A model generated the notes under the pieces. The model saw only the letters and a list, made by a program, of their open reading frames with translations. It made no database searches and had not been told where the DNA came from. A stretch of DNA of 64,000 nucleotides from the NCBI GenBank assembly GCA_964036045.1, contig OZ038378.1:176080001-176144000 (forward strand), written 5' to 3'. The translations under genes were made by a program, and so were the position numbers. Shown here one piece after another: positions 23,286 through 37,271 of this stretch; positions within the stretch are counted from its first letter, which is position 1; each line of letters begins with the position of its first letter. Origin of the DNA: Eutreptiella sp. 'Long Island Sound 2002' (lineage: Eukaryota; Protista; Euglenida).

Positions 23286-24798
23286 ACCCCTCAGACCCCC
23301 CCCCTCCCCTTCTTCCAATGCAGGTGGAAGCCTGAGTTGGGGTCGTGGAAAAGTTTTTAGGTTGACAGTTTCAGGTGCAACTTGAGGGTGAATAATAGCA
23401 ACCACCCAGAGAGCGCCAGGAATCAACAGCAACCATCCAGAGAGCACCAGCAATATAGGCCAAAAAAATTTCCAGTGCGAAACCTTTCAAGGAGCAGTTG
23501 TCAAGGAGGAGGGTCAACCCCCCCCCCCCTTGACCCCCCCCCCTCCTCCGCTCCAATGCGTCCCTGGGGGGGGGTCCAAGGGGGGAAAGGGGGGGGATCA
23601 GGCAAGGGGGGCATGGGGTTGCCCTCAAGGACACGAATTTTTCGGAATTTTTACATTTTCAGCCGAAAATGTTTTTCAGATCCCAAGATCCTCTAAAGCA
23701 TGTTGTCACACCCTCTCATGTGTGTTTACTTGCTTGTGCTTTTGCGGGGTCCAGGCACCTGTCAATGTGGCCGCCAGAAGAAATTTTTTTCGCCCATGCG
23801 CAGAGGGTCTGCACGGATGATGCTTGGCCCGCCGTATCCCCTGAAAGTGCGTGTTACCAGCGTGCATTGTACCCGGGGCTCCCCTTGCGCAAGCACGGCG
23901 GAAGTTAGGGAATACGACGGTCAAACAGAGATTCCGTGCTTTGACAAGGCCACGCTTGCACATGATAAGCACCTGATTCTTTGGTTGGGTTGGGACCTCA
24001 TTGTCGCAACGTTTGCTGAAGAAGGAGTGGACTGCGGTCTGATTCAGAGCACTGCCCTGGGTCTGCCATGCATTCACCCCCCCCTAAAAAGCCTTCCTGT
24101 GGCTGAGCGGCAGGGCATTGCTGAGTGTTGCGTGAGAAGTGTTAGGGGTTCATAATTTGGACTGCGCCTTTGCACGCGGTGCACATGCAGTGTGCACACC
24201 GTGCAAAGGCTTTGTATTACCGCAAGTACGAACCTATTTCTAGCCTCCCTTCGCTCTGGGTATGAATCATGGGTTGTGGGCAATGGAGGATGCCGTTTGG
24301 AGAAAATGACAATGGTGAGTTGTGTTTTGGTGCATTGCTTTGGTGCTCTTGGGAGGCCCTCCCGTTCACATACGGTATGCAATGTGGCTTCCACCAACAA
24401 ATGTGCATTGCGTAGGTGTTCTCCAAGTGGAGGCAACTGACTGAGGGCCATGACTCTATCATCAGAGAGCAGCCGTGTTGCAGTGTACCTCAATTTGCGT
24501 TGACGCAACGCTGCTGTATGTGCCCTGCGCAAAGTGCGGGCCATGTGCTGTTCTGCAGCCCTACTCCATGGGTCCCGCTGCCCTGCAGTGGTCCCGCTCC
24601 ATGTGCCCTCTGCAGTGCATCTGTGTGGGCGTTCTGCGACCCTGCGCTGTGTGCTGTGCAGCTCCCTCTGCTCTGCCGTGTACCGTGCCGCACTCCCACT
24701 GCATTTCCCCTGCTGCAGCGCCCCCGCGTCGCGGATGCCTCGCTGACTGTCTCGTGCTGCAGGTCTCGGGTTGGGCGGCGGCGGCGCAGGTCCGCCGC

Positions 24799-25398
24799 AT
24801 GGCGGCTCACAGTGGTCCACAACAGCAGTATTTCGTGGACAACGCGCCGCGTGCGCCGACGAGACGGGCTGCAGCTCACGCCCCTCCGCATGAGCTGCGC
24901 GGTGCGCTGCGCCTCCCCGGCGGCGTGGCGTGGCCGTCTGCAGTTGTGGCGGTGGCTGCGGCGCTGCTCGGGCTCGCCGTGCTTTGCAAGTCGCGCCTGT
25001 CGTACCGGCGGGTGCCTTTTCTTCCCTTGGTCATGCCTCACCGCGAACTACCCGCGCCCGGCGCGCCCGCCCCCCGTATCGCCATGGCCACGTCCACCGG
25101 CGAGACCCAGCGGCAGATGAGCCCTGAGGAGGCCGAGGCGCTTGCCAAATGGTACGCGCTGCCGGCGGAGGAGCGCAGAGGGTTCGCCGCGCGTGCGCTC
25201 GCGGCGAATCCGGCGGACACGGACGCGGCGTTCGCGCTGTACGAGGCCTGCGACCAGCTCGGCCTCAAGCAGGAGTCCATCGAGGCGCTGCAGAAGTGCG
25301 TGGCTGCGGATCCCAATCATGCGGCCGCGCGGCACCTGCTCACGGCCATGGGGCAGGCCCCCGCGTCCGCAACACCCCCAGAGGGGTACGTGCAGCAG
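24799..25398 (+). CDS. TPR + SAM-methyltransferase (COG4976-like), exon 1; the gene may extend 5' through an acceptor at 24762
   Basis: ATG at 24799, a hydrophobic segment PSAVVAVAAALLGLAVL, TPR-like helices ANPADTDAAFALYEACDQLG..ADPNHAAARHLL, and the end PPEGYVQQ|GT. Confidence 0.8.
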
Positions 25399-25498
25399 GT
25401 TGTTGCTCCGTTGGGCATGCGCGTCATGGGGGGAGCACTGGACGGGGCGCGCGCGGTGCGGCTATTTGGCGGCATCTGTGGGAAAAGTGTTGTGTTGT

Positions 25499-25615
25499 CG
25501 GTTGGATTTGTCCTGTTGTGCCGGGTACCTCTGCGGACGTACTTATTTGGGACCGCGAAGGGGCATAACGGGCCAAGGGCCACTTCAAAGATTGTGAAGT
25601 GGGTGCCAATGGTGT
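25499..25615 (+). pseudogene. Diverged Harbinger-type transposase fragment inside intron 1
   Basis: WICPVVPGTSADVLIWD..*..GHFKDCEVG aligns with the WICP..PGTSADVLI.D..GDFFDFEVG sequence of the 17-kb and 46-kb copies. Confidence 0.75.
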
Positions 25616-25819
25616 TGTGCGCTTGACTATGCAATGTTTGTGGGAAGGAGCGGTGGTAATACCATTTTTGTGGCCAAAGCGCAGGGCTATGCGTTCGCCA
25701 AAACTTTGGCGAGCTTGGCGAGTGGACTTGCTTTGGCTTTGGCGAGTAAATTTCCCATAATTCCTAAAGGGGTACTGTGGGAGTGGTTCTCGGCCAATGG
25801 CGCGTAGGGACCGTTGGGT

Positions 25820-26497
25820 GGAATTATGGGGAATTATGGGGAATTATGGGGAATTATGGGGAATTATGGGGAATTATGGTTCAACCATGGGCAATTATTG
25901 GGAATTATGGGACAATTTTGGTTCATCCATGGGGAATTATGGGGAAATTTGGAGAATTGTGGGGAATTATGGGGAATTATGGGGAATTATGGGGTTCTAT
26001 GGGGAATTATGGGGAATTTTGCTGCTGTTGCTGGTGTCTATCCTATTCCTTTTGTGCTCCTTCCCCACAGACATGTCAGATTCAAATTTTCATGCTTTCA
26101 ACAATGTCTTGTACGTTCGTTTATCGTACCTTTACAAACCCCCCAGGGAGTACCTGTCGCAGGGTCATCTGGCTAGGGTCATGAAGAAGTTGGGCATCAA
26201 GTGTGTCACCAATACCGAAAATGGCCTCGCTGGTGCTGGACAACCCCATACAACCCCATACAACCCCATTATTCCCATAATTCCCCATAATTCCCCAAAA
26301 TTTCCCCAAAATTTCCCCATAATTCCCCATAATTCCCCAAAATTTCCCCATAATTCCCCATAATTCCCCATAGAACCCCATAATTCCCCATAATTCCCCA
26401 TAATTCCCCATAATTCCCCAGAATTCCCCATAATTCCCCATAATTCCCCATAATTCCCCATAATTCCCCATAATTCCCCATAATTCCCCATAATTCC
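25820..26497. repeat. Foldback: (GGGGAATTAT)n at 25820-26019, ~220-bp unique core, inverted (ATAATTCCCC)n at ~26243-26497
   Basis: Read directly. The rare variant GGGGTTCTAT (25991) is mirrored by ATAGAACCCC (26370). Confidence 0.9.
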
Positions 26498-27055
26498 TAT
26501 CCTTTGGCGAGCAGACGTCGTCTGGCGCTGGCGAGCGCATAGGCCTAAAAGCGTTTGCTGTTCTCAGGGGCCATTTGGGGCGGTGGTAGACAGCGGGACG
26601 TTCCGGGCGTAGTCGCTGCAAAGGTCGCGCGCACTGCGGCACACACGCAGTGCAAGCACTCCCCCATGCCCAAAGGAAAGACGGGGGGCGGCAGGCAGGG
26701 GCCGCGGGTATCCCAAGCGTATGGAGTGTATAGCCTGTACGCATGCCCAAAATGTATCACGACGGATGTTTGGGAGAATGGCACTGTGCCCGACTGCACA
26801 GGCCACTGCCGCTGTTCATTTGCACTGCGCACGGCTGTTGCCCAACGTCCATTGCCTCGCACTCGCCTTCCCTCTTGCTCTCCGCCCTTCCCCCTCTCCC
26901 CGCCCCTTCTTGTCCCCCCCCACCCCACGCCCATCTGTGGTCCCCGACGCTCCGGCTGGGCACCACACAGAGAGTCCCCTTCCGGGGGTGACAGTGGCGG
27001 CCGTCTGGCCGGTGTGGTGAGTGTGGGTGGGGTCTGGGCGGTGTGTTTGGCTCAG

Positions 27056-27385
27056 GTGTTTGACGAATATGCCCCGAACTTCGACGCGCATTTGACGGGG
27101 GAGCTGCGCTACGGCATTCCCGGGGAGCTCTTCAAGGCGCTGACGGACGCAACGGAGATTGAGGGGGGCGCAGGCCGCTATGGAACCGTTGTGGACGCCG
27201 GATGTGGCACCGGGCTGAGCGGGGAGCCATTCCGGCCCATCTGCCGGCACTTGGTCGGGGTGGACATCTCTGCTGGGATGCTGGACGAGGCCCGAAAGAA
27301 GGATATCTACGATGAGCTGCTGAATATGGATTTGGTTGCCGGCCTCGATGCGCAGGTCGCCGATTATGCCTCCCCCCAAGTCGAG
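27056..27385 (+). CDS. TPR + SAM-methyltransferase, exon 2
   Basis: ctcag|GTG acceptor. VFDEYAPNFD continues EGYVQQ. Contains motif I VVDAGCGTG and GVDIS. Donor GAG|GT at 27386 (alternative donor at 27380). Confidence 0.88.
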
Positions 27386-30300
27386 GTTTCGTCAGGAGGG
27401 GGGATTAATTAGGCCCCTTAAAACTGGGAGGAGCACGTGACGCGGCGCGCTTGATGCGGTGCAACAGTGAGGGCGACTGGGGGCAACTTGCAGGACTGGA
27501 ACGAGCATAGGGTGGGAGGGATAATTTTGCGGGAAGTTTTCGATGTTAAGGAAGGTGGCAAAAAGTTCCCCTGGCGAAGTGGCAATTTGATTTGCAAATC
27601 TTTTTTCATCTTGAACGGAGCAAGCATGTTAGGTTGTGCGTGAGGCAGTTGGAGCTTTGAGGTTTCCAAGGGTGGAACCCGAGCCCAAACAGTTGAATCT
27701 GATATTCGGGCGCGTCCTCCCATGGACAGTTGCGCCGTGTGCGCACCTGTTGACATGGTCGGTCATCCCGGTAACGGCCATATCCTCCATTTCACACTTT
27801 GCGCTACAACAGGGGGGGGGGATGGAGTGACTGGGATTATTTCACCATGGAGAATTTCGTAGGGGCAAAAGTTCGCCTGCCTCAGCAGGCCATGGATTTG
27901 GTCGTAGTTGGATTTTGCCGGCCCTGTCCACTAAGCTCTTTGGAAGATGGGTTGGGGGTCTCACAACAGGGCTCTATCGATCCTTCCCTCCATAATGGCG
28001 AGGGCACAATGGCTCCCGGGTCTTCAATTGCGAGAGAGTCTAGGCTAACAACTTGGGGTGCACTATGCGCATGCGTAGAGCCGTAAACGTGGAGCACGCG
28101 GGTGCGAAAAGTGACCTGGAATGCCAAAGGGGGGGTTGGAAGGCAGTTTGGCACAGTAACGTGAACGCTTACAGTGCCAACGCCGTAAACACCTACGGCT
28201 GGTGCCGTAAAGCAGCAGGGTATTAGAAGGGAAGCGGTCAGGGAGCAGGGAGCCTTAACCTGCCAGAGGAATAGAGACTGCACCCCCTGTCCCTTCTCTT
28301 CCCCTCTCCACAGGCAAGCACAACATGATGCAACAAGACCATACCGTAACATACAATGCTTGGGAATATTGCTCGGAATTTAGATGGTGCTGTACTTGCC
28401 ACAAAGTCCTGGCGATATGGCCAGCAACTTTTTGTAGCCCCACGGGCTGGGAAAAGCGCGCGGAAATTTTGCTCAGAAATTTGGATGCGGCTGGACCTGC
28501 CACAAAGTGCTCGCCATATCGCAAGCAAGGTTTCGGGCTGGGTTTGGAAGGGAAAACTGCTTGGAAAAACTGTGAAGATTGCAAATTGGTGCGGGCATTA
28601 CCGCTTTTCTGAGCAGGTGACTAAGTACATTTCAAAAAATTGGTTGCGAAAAGACACCACCCACACATTGCATTGTCATGAGAAGGAAGGTGTTTCAAGA
28701 TAAGGGGTTTTGCGACATGTGTTCTTATCTTGCTTTTGAGAAAGACATAGCATGGCATGGGATGCCAACCATGAAGTAGGCAAGCTAGGTCATTTGCAGG
28801 GTCTTTTGTGGGGTTTGAGGTAGGGTAGAGATGGAGACTTTGGATGAGGCATGGGGAACCTGCATAGTCCACTGGGTATAGGAAAGCACCATGGGTATAG
28901 GAAAGCACCAGGGGTAGTAGTAGGGGAAAGATTGGTGGAGGGTTGTGTCTCCGTTTTGTCTCAAGGCCAAAACTTGTCGACAGTGATCATATTAGTCCGC
29001 GCGACGTCCGAGGGCTCATCGACAAACCCCTTCTGTTGTCGTTGCGGTGGAATGGTTGATTGAAATATGTGTACGGAATATGTTTATGGAATTGGTGATT
29101 CAGTTTGTGAACCGGATTTTGGAGCTTGTCTCGGTTTTGAATGGATCCCCTGCCTCAACTCGCCGGCACCACATGGTGCTCGCCAGTTGCTTTAGGTGGG
29201 GAGGCTAAAAAGGAGAAACCTGCCGGGTGACGGTTTCTGTTGGGAGGAAAAAACAACCCACCCAAACCAAGGACCAGGCGGCTCCATCCCCCCCCTAGGA
29301 CCGACACAACCCCTTTGAAACCGCGGGTTATTTCATTCATGGTTGGACCAGGACACCTGCTGTAGTTGAGCATGGGCTTGAGGACAACAGACTCAAGGAT
29401 CACACATTATGCCCACTAAAGGCACAAAGTGCAGGAGCCGGGAGACATGGGATTGGGACAGCCTCTCTGCACTATGCCAACAGGTTAGTTCAACGGGACC
29501 TATTAGGAAGGTAACCACCTTTCAGGTACAGTTGGTTTGAGTGGTATGCTTTGTGGGCACAAGTCCACACCACACCAAACAAGCAAGGGCTGGCGCTGGG
29601 GTGGAAACCCTTGGGTCAACAAAACCCACCGGATCTGGTTTGTTTGCCTGAAAATTTTTCGGGGCTGCAGCTATATTGGAAATCCATGGTAGCTCCTCGG
29701 CCTAGTGGTACCTCAGTCACTTCAGCAACAAAACCTTATCCCGCGACATGGGGTTGTAGTGCTTTCCACACTTCTTTTGTACGGCGCCAGCACTATACTA
29801 TTTACTTTGGGGGTTTAACCCACAAAAACAAACCAGGGTTAGCACTGGGATTGAAACCCTTTGGCCAACGAAATCCAGCGGCTTTGTTTTGTTTCACTTC
29901 TGTTTACGGTGCCACCGTAGTGAATTATCAAGGCATTCTCTTCTTCTCATCCCCATAACATTCGCCATGTTGGAGGCGGGTCTCTTAGCCGGTACTGAGG
30001 AGTCCTTTAATTTTGGAACTACTGATGGGAGGTTCTGAGATGGCCTGGGGTTTGAAGGCACATTGTCCCAGGTTTCCCAGGCAACCGTACATGGGCCGCT
30101 TATGGCTTGGGTTAGGCTTGGGTTTGGGTTTCGGTTCAGGACCCGGCCTCACAGCCCCTTTTGCTTGTAGCCGAGAAACATCTAGGTGGGTTAGGAGTTG
30201 GGTCACATAAGTGGCAGCATGGTTGGCATCCTGTGTGGGTAATCGACCAAACATTGTTCGGCTCTCTTTTACCACGTCCTCTATTGGTGTACCGTCCCTT

Positions 30301-33300
30301 ATAACAATTGGGGATAGCAGGTTCCGGACCATTTTTTACACCTCGAACCTTTATAGCAGTATTAGTAGGGATCTCCCAGAGCCGTGTTGGGAAGGTAAAA
30401 TCCTGTGGCCACGCAGCTGTAGGTACACCCTTGGTGCTGATGGCACCTGGGCGTAGTGGCATAAAGGGTAGTGACCCACTTTCAATGGCTGCGGGTACCC
30501 TTTTTGCCGGGATGAACACCCGGGAAGGAAAAGAGCGCGCTAAATGGGGGTCAACAAGGTCACGGGGCAAGTTAGGTTTTCGGTTTAAAGAGCGGTAATG
30601 TTTTTGGTTATCCTTCACAGGAACTTTTGTCGGATCGCGTTCTTTAGCACGCCGCAGTTTGCTCAATGTTGCCTTTTCCGTGTTGAAAGCTGCACCTGGT
30701 AGTCAATCCATGTATGGTTGCCACTGTAGGATAGCCAACTACAAGGCGTCCATGTATATATATTGCCGACGACCTTGCCTAGGTCCAAGTGCTAACAACA
30801 TCACGGTACAAAAACTGATGGCACCCATGATTCGTTTATCTATCGCCCAACTTTGGCGTCTCCAGGATGTTTACCGCTGTAAGGGTAGCAGCTTCAGGGC
30901 ATGCTTGCACTGTTTCGGGATTATGCACCGGCTTTGTGGCACCTGGGTTACTGGTTGTGAACCTTGCATTGGCGTAGGCCTCATCCCTGGCCCAAAAAGG
31001 AAGCCACGGAAATTCTACAGTGAGAATTGCCCCATTGTGGACATGTGATGTTCTACGTGTCAATATAAACGTGCGGCAGACTGTGGTGCTCTGCTGGAGG
31101 TTTCCTCCAATATGGAGGAGTGGTGGACAAGGACTAGTGAAATGACCAGTGACTTGTGTCTTGTGCTGTGTGATGTGGATCGATACTATAGGTTGCAGAA
31201 ACTACACTGCAGTGTGACATGTGCCTCAGTGTCAACAACATTTTCTTTTGCAAAAAAGCCACTCCTCTTTGGTATGTGGCATGCATACAAATATTGTGTG
31301 ACAGAATGCTACCGCCAATTCTTGCCCTTATGGGCAGCACTTGAGTACAAGCCATTCCTAACCAACCCAACCAAAGTAGAAGGTCTAAACAAACTTTGGT
31401 CTCTCCATGATTGAGAGCATGGTTTTATCTTTGTAACCTTGTACCCACGAATATCCAAGGGCACACAGATTGCCTCGTTGTGAAGGTTCCAAGAAAGTAC
31501 CTCATCAATCTTCCCACGGAAACAACGACAGGCCTGTTGTGGTAGACATGGTAGGTCACCAATGTCAGTGATGAGGTCAGGAACACTCTTCGCACCCCTG
31601 ACCAGGGGAAAAGCACCCTTTGGTGAGGGAAGAGGTAGCATTGATGAAAATGTTCCTCTCCTAAGCTACAACTCGGTTGTAGCGCCATTTATTGTACTTG
31701 TCTATCCATACTATCATCGTGTACACAAGGGTTAGTGCCGAACATAGGCAAGTGCGAGTCCTAGATGACGCCTTGGTCGAGAGATATGTGGCCAGCTTGG
31801 CCCATGGGGACCCGTTGCACCCCTTTCAAGTACTACTGAAAGATATGGTGGGTATGGCATCGTAGGACACATACATGTACCAGTACACACATTTCTTTGT
31901 TTAGAGCGCCAACACCGTATAAATTTTACGGCGCCCTATCGACCGGACAACGGCCATCAACGGCCACCATATCTGCTGCAACCTACATTATGTGGTGGGC
32001 ACCATCTTCGCCACCGACACCCCCTAGGCAAGCCCTCGAGGAGGCCGCTGGCCGACACCAAAGACGGCACAATGAGATGTCCGAACCCACCGCGGCATCT
32101 GGTGACCTTTCTACATAGGCTTGGATGGTGACTCGCTATTTAGCGCTATCTTCTCTTCCGGGGTCAAAATTATGGATCTAGACCGGGAGTTTAAGAACCG
32201 TTCCCTAGCACAGCAAAAGGAATCATTTGCACGCCTTTCGATAGTTTTTCAACTTTCTAGGTATTCATTCCTGTTCCTTGGTTCCCATAGAGAAGTTATG
32301 CCATTAGGAGGTACAATGGCATCGCGTTCCTTGTGGTTGCACCCAGCTACAACACAACATTTGTGGATATGGTCAGCCGTATAAAATCGCCGATATGAAG
32401 TGGCCTACAAGCCCATCCGTCCTACCAGTTTCCACGACTATTCGACTGGGTGGACTACGTTCGATGTGCCGCAACTGACGTGGTGGCTAGTAGATAGACC
32501 GCTATTGGTCACTATGGCGAAGCATAACGGCTTTGCGAAATTCCTGAAATGCAGTAGAAACATCATTTGGAATGTCCAACATCCCAAGAATGACTTGGTG
32601 GCAGATGAAAACAGTATGTTTTTTCCTTGCATTTCAACACCTATTGACATTTACGGCGCCGGCACCGTACACAACGACACCTGTTCACCTATGTGCTTTT
32701 ATAGAAAATTTGTTGCCATGGTTTGGCCATCTCCGTGTATGAGAAGTACTCCGACAAATTTATCCCCTGTGGTAGTCTTGGGGGGCGGGCCTACACCGAG
32801 CTCCGTTTGGGGAAACTCGGCTGACCCGAATGGGGCTCCCTATTGAAGAGCCCCGGTTGGACTCATCCTGCATTTGCAGCCCGACGGCAGCGATGGCAAG
32901 ACCTCTGGGCAGGGGCCCATCTCCATAAAGATGTGGTTGCCTTCTAGGCCGATATTGGAGGCTGGAAGAAGATGGTACTAGGCAGTGTGGATGTGATGGC
33001 AGTGGCCAGTGCCAGAAGTATCCATTGTATTCTAGTTGAATGTAGTGATGGCAACGTGCCCTATGATGAGGGCCTCCTGCGAGTTACCAATGGGGGGTCC
33101 TTGGTGATTCTTTTGGTAAGGCCATTTCTCTGTAGGAGTGGCTAGACCAAAACACTGGCCTTGGGGCATCACAGGTTTGCAATTTTTCAATGACCAGTAC
33201 GAAAAACCTTGGGGTGCAGGAACAGCGATATCTCTACCTGCCCAAACCCAAATAGGCCCAAGCACATGCAACATGTAGGTAGCTGGAGCTGTATCTTTAC

Positions 33301-34699
33301 TCAGTGGGTTGCTTGCCATTGGTGAGCACACAACCGTAGCCAAGAAGGGAAAGAACAACCCTAGTTGGCAGAATGCAGACCAGGACGCCCAAGACAAGCA
33401 AAGTGCCAGAGCACGCTCGCACTCTTGCAAAGGGCGCTCCCACAGGATGCCCCAAGAGGAAGACAAGCCAACAAGTGGGTGTGCTTGCCAAATGCCCCAG
33501 GCTTGGGGCCTCTCCAGACCTCCATGATGCACTTGGGGAGTCATCCCTCAACTGCTTGTTTAGTGTTAACAATGAGATGTTCCAGTGGAGTTTCTTTTTC
33601 TGCTGCAATGGTGCTATTTGTTTGTGGGACATTTTTCAAATGTCGAAATGCAAGGCCTGTTGCCTTTCGGTGGCAGTTTTTTTTGCATCAAGTTTCTTAA
33701 GCAATGCATATTGTGTATATGTATATGCAACATATTACCCTGTTATTTATTTTACGGCGTTGGCACTGTAAACGCCACGTTTGGGTTTATTCCCATAACA
33801 CCACCGTAACTGCCGTAACACGACCAAAGCAAGAGGTTTTGGCACAATACAATGTGGAGAAAAGTGATTTATTCTCATGGTTCCACTTTTTGTTTGTCAT
33901 ACTTTTGTCAAATTTTGAACCACAAGGTCTCTTGCCTTGCTTTCACTGGCACTTTTTTTGCATTTATTTTCTTAAGCATTGCACATCGTGTATATGTTTA
34001 TGCGACATACCTCTCGGGATCATCGACATTTATGCCAACACAGAGCGTTTTCAAGGGTCGGTGCCATTGTTGCCTCGTTTGTGCCCACCGAGTGTCCCGT
34101 TTGGGGCGTTCTGTGGGGTATATTCGGAAAGCTCTTGAAAAGGGCTATTTGGAACACCCCAGTTCTGCATGCTGTACTAACGATATGTTTCAGATTTTCG
34201 TCCGTTTTGGACGCTGTATGTGTTGCGTGCTGCCACTTTTTGTCAACAGGCAACCACCATGTCCGCATACAATCCACTCAACGTGCTGTTGCCTCCCCTG
34301 ATACACCACAGAAACCTTTGGTTCACAAAAAGGCACGCAAACTGGGTGCAAACTGGGTGCAAGTTACCCAGCGCACATTTGCCAGCCCAGCAAAAAAAGC
34401 CTCGAACACCCGGTTCACGGCAACCTGCATACAACCACCAGGAACACCAGATTTTGACCACCACTGAGGCCACTTTTGAAGCTCAGTATTGGGATTGAAA
34501 GGTGTACCCCACAAAGGCTTCACAACATGAGTTTATGGCAACATGTATTGACGTCCACACGGAGCAGAAGGTGACGCATGTTGGTCGCCCGAGATACACC
34601 AGAAAGAGGGAGCATCAAACAAATATTTTCTACCTTACCGTGGGTCGTGTCGCCAAATTTGCAAGACCCCATTCCTGCACTATTTCAAATCTCACACAT

Positions 34700-35480
34700 C
34701 GTTGTGGAGTCTTTGGCCAAAGCCAAAGCAGCCGCAGCCGTTGCCACCCCTCTAAGTCCCATGAAAAGTCCATATATATATAGAAACTGGTTGCGGACAA
34801 CACACGGCAAACCTCAGCGATCAAATTGAGGTTTGAGAAATTCGTGCAAGGGCTGCTGCAAGCTGACAACCGTTTTAGTGACGCAGCACGGCCACACACT
34901 GAGCTGGTGCATTTGGCCCCCATTGGTGGACGCCGAGCTTCCCCATACAATGTGTGGATCCACTGGCTGCAAAAGGAGCCTGATCAGTTTGCAAAGCGAG
35001 GCAAAGTGCATTTCAAGCCTCAGATTTCCCGGCAAACGGTGCAGAGGACGATGAGAACTTCGGTAGGAAAGTATGCATCTTGACCAGAAACAAATTTTGG
35101 GACGGCAACCGTTGGCTGGCAGGGGCCTATGCATTGTCATCCGACCATGTGCGCCATCATAAAAAGCATGTTTTGATTCAGGACCACAAGTGGTTGGACC
35201 CGAATCAAGGTGAAGTGGTTGGACCACACTGATGAGGGCACACTTTCCCCTCATCTTGGTTTTGAGGGTATAGCGAGTCCATTGAGTGGCGCAAGGTGAG
35301 GCTGACAAAGCAACGGAATGTCGACCTCACAACTGATGGTCTCTGGGCCATGCCTGTGAATTCAGCGTGGGTACCAGTAAAGAGCCGCAGGCTGCAAGAT
35401 TGGCAAAAGCCGAAAAAAATATGTTCCCAACAATAAGCATGGTGGTGTCTGCCCAAATGGGGTCCCGGCCCTGCCAGAAA
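34700..35480 (+). pseudogene. Decayed coding-like remnant of unknown family inside intron 2
   Basis: Frameshifted protein-like pieces RFEKFVQGLLQADNRF..WIHWLQKEPDQFAKRGKVHFKP and GYSESIEWRKVRLTKQRNVDLTTDGLWAMPVNSAW. Confidence 0.25.
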
Positions 35481-37271
35481 AAGACAACACAAACAACAAT
35501 CACCAATCACCAGGCAAATGACTTTTTTTTTCCGGCGTTGGCGCCGTAATTATTTTTGTAGGGAGAATTGACATTGAGGGTTAAACTCTACACCAAATTA
35601 CACCACATTACAAAAAATGGGTGCATTGGCAGAGTGTCCGGGTCTGATTTGATCATATTTCCCTCCTTTCAATTGTCCAATAGGGAGGTGTCTTTTAAAT
35701 TGTTTATAGAATGCAATTTCTAGCAATCTGTCTTTTTGTGGTTCTACTTTACACATTCCCTTGGGGTTGCCAATGGCCCGTCGTAGCAAACCTGACATGG
35801 GGGGGGGGGCGGCCGGGCCCAGTCCTTGTATGCGACACCCCTCAGCCCCCCCCCCCCCCGTTTTTGAGAGATAGTGGTGTCGGGACCATGGCGCCTGTGG
35901 GAAAGAGAGAAAGAAAGACGAAAGAAAGAAGGCACTATGTAACCACCAGCGTTCGCCCCTGAAAGTTTTGGGACTGCACTGGAGCCGGGGAAGAGCTCAA
36001 TGCAGGATCTTCACTTTGCAACAAACGGCATTTGTATAGTGCCTCGTCTTGCTAATCTAGCGCTCAAAACATGGATGGTTTGACAAAAGGGAAGCATGCA
36101 CAAAAAAACTTCGGCGCCATTGACCCTTAAGACTTTCTTCCCGGCAAAGATGAGAAAGCGCTATTATCACATACATACCCCCGGACCCCCAAACCCCTAG
36201 ACACACATCCCCCTTGGAGGTATGCATATGGTAGTAGTGGGTCGCGCGCAGGCCCCCCCACCTTTGGAACCCCCCCCCCCCCACGGCCAAACCCCCCCCC
36301 CACACCCTCCGGCCGAGCCCCCCCAAACTGCCCCCCCAAGCCCCCCTCCCCCCTCCCAAGTTTTGACAGATACCTGGGGGGAGTTGTCCCTTTGCTCACG
36401 GGTGTCCCTTGGTGTCGCTCCCAATCCAGCGCCAGCATGCCCCGCACAAAGACTTCCCGGGACAGGGAAGTTTAAAGGGTGCTCATCACCACTACTGGCG
36501 TGCAAAATGTATCACAGGGCACCAGGGCACCAAGTCTTACACATCGGTGGTGCGTAGCATTTGCAGACAATTTGCCTTTTTGGGGGGGGGCTCCAGTTGC
36601 TTGGTCCATCTGCGGGGGCGGGGAGAGGGGGGGAAGCGTGGCGCAATCCACAAGGGCCTAAGGGGAAACCAGTATATATAAGGTGGCACACTTAGAAGCA
36701 CCATTTTCAGGTCAGCCAGGCAAACAGGAACGACTGAAAGTGAAGGCTGTTGGCGGCAGTGTAGTGGACGCCACAAGGGCAGAAGCAGTACTTGTGTGCA
36801 GAGGGTCAATTGTCCCACTCTCACCCACCGAAATATGATCCTCCACTATCTGAGGACAAACACCTTGTTCGATTTCCTCTTCGGAACCTGAACAGTTGCA
36901 CACTTCTGGAAGTACCCTGCAGCATACTTATTTAGCCTTGTTCTTGGGGTGCACTACGCGCACACGTACAGCCGTAAACCCCCAAACCCAGAGCGCCGTA
37001 AAAAATGCACCCTTTTTGACAACATGCGCAGGACACGGCTCTAACCCCCTGGATCGCCACAGTGTGACCAATGAACATTTTACGGAACCAGCGCTGTAAA
37101 CATTAACAAATCTCGGTGAAATTTTGCACTTTCTCTCCACCGAGTTGAAAAACACAGTTCCAGCAACGGTTGAAACTAGTAGCACAAGAGCTAGACCTTG
37201 TTCAAATACAACGGGGGGGGGGGGGGGGGGGCGACAACCCAACCGGTCCTGATGCGACGTCCACTGCACAG

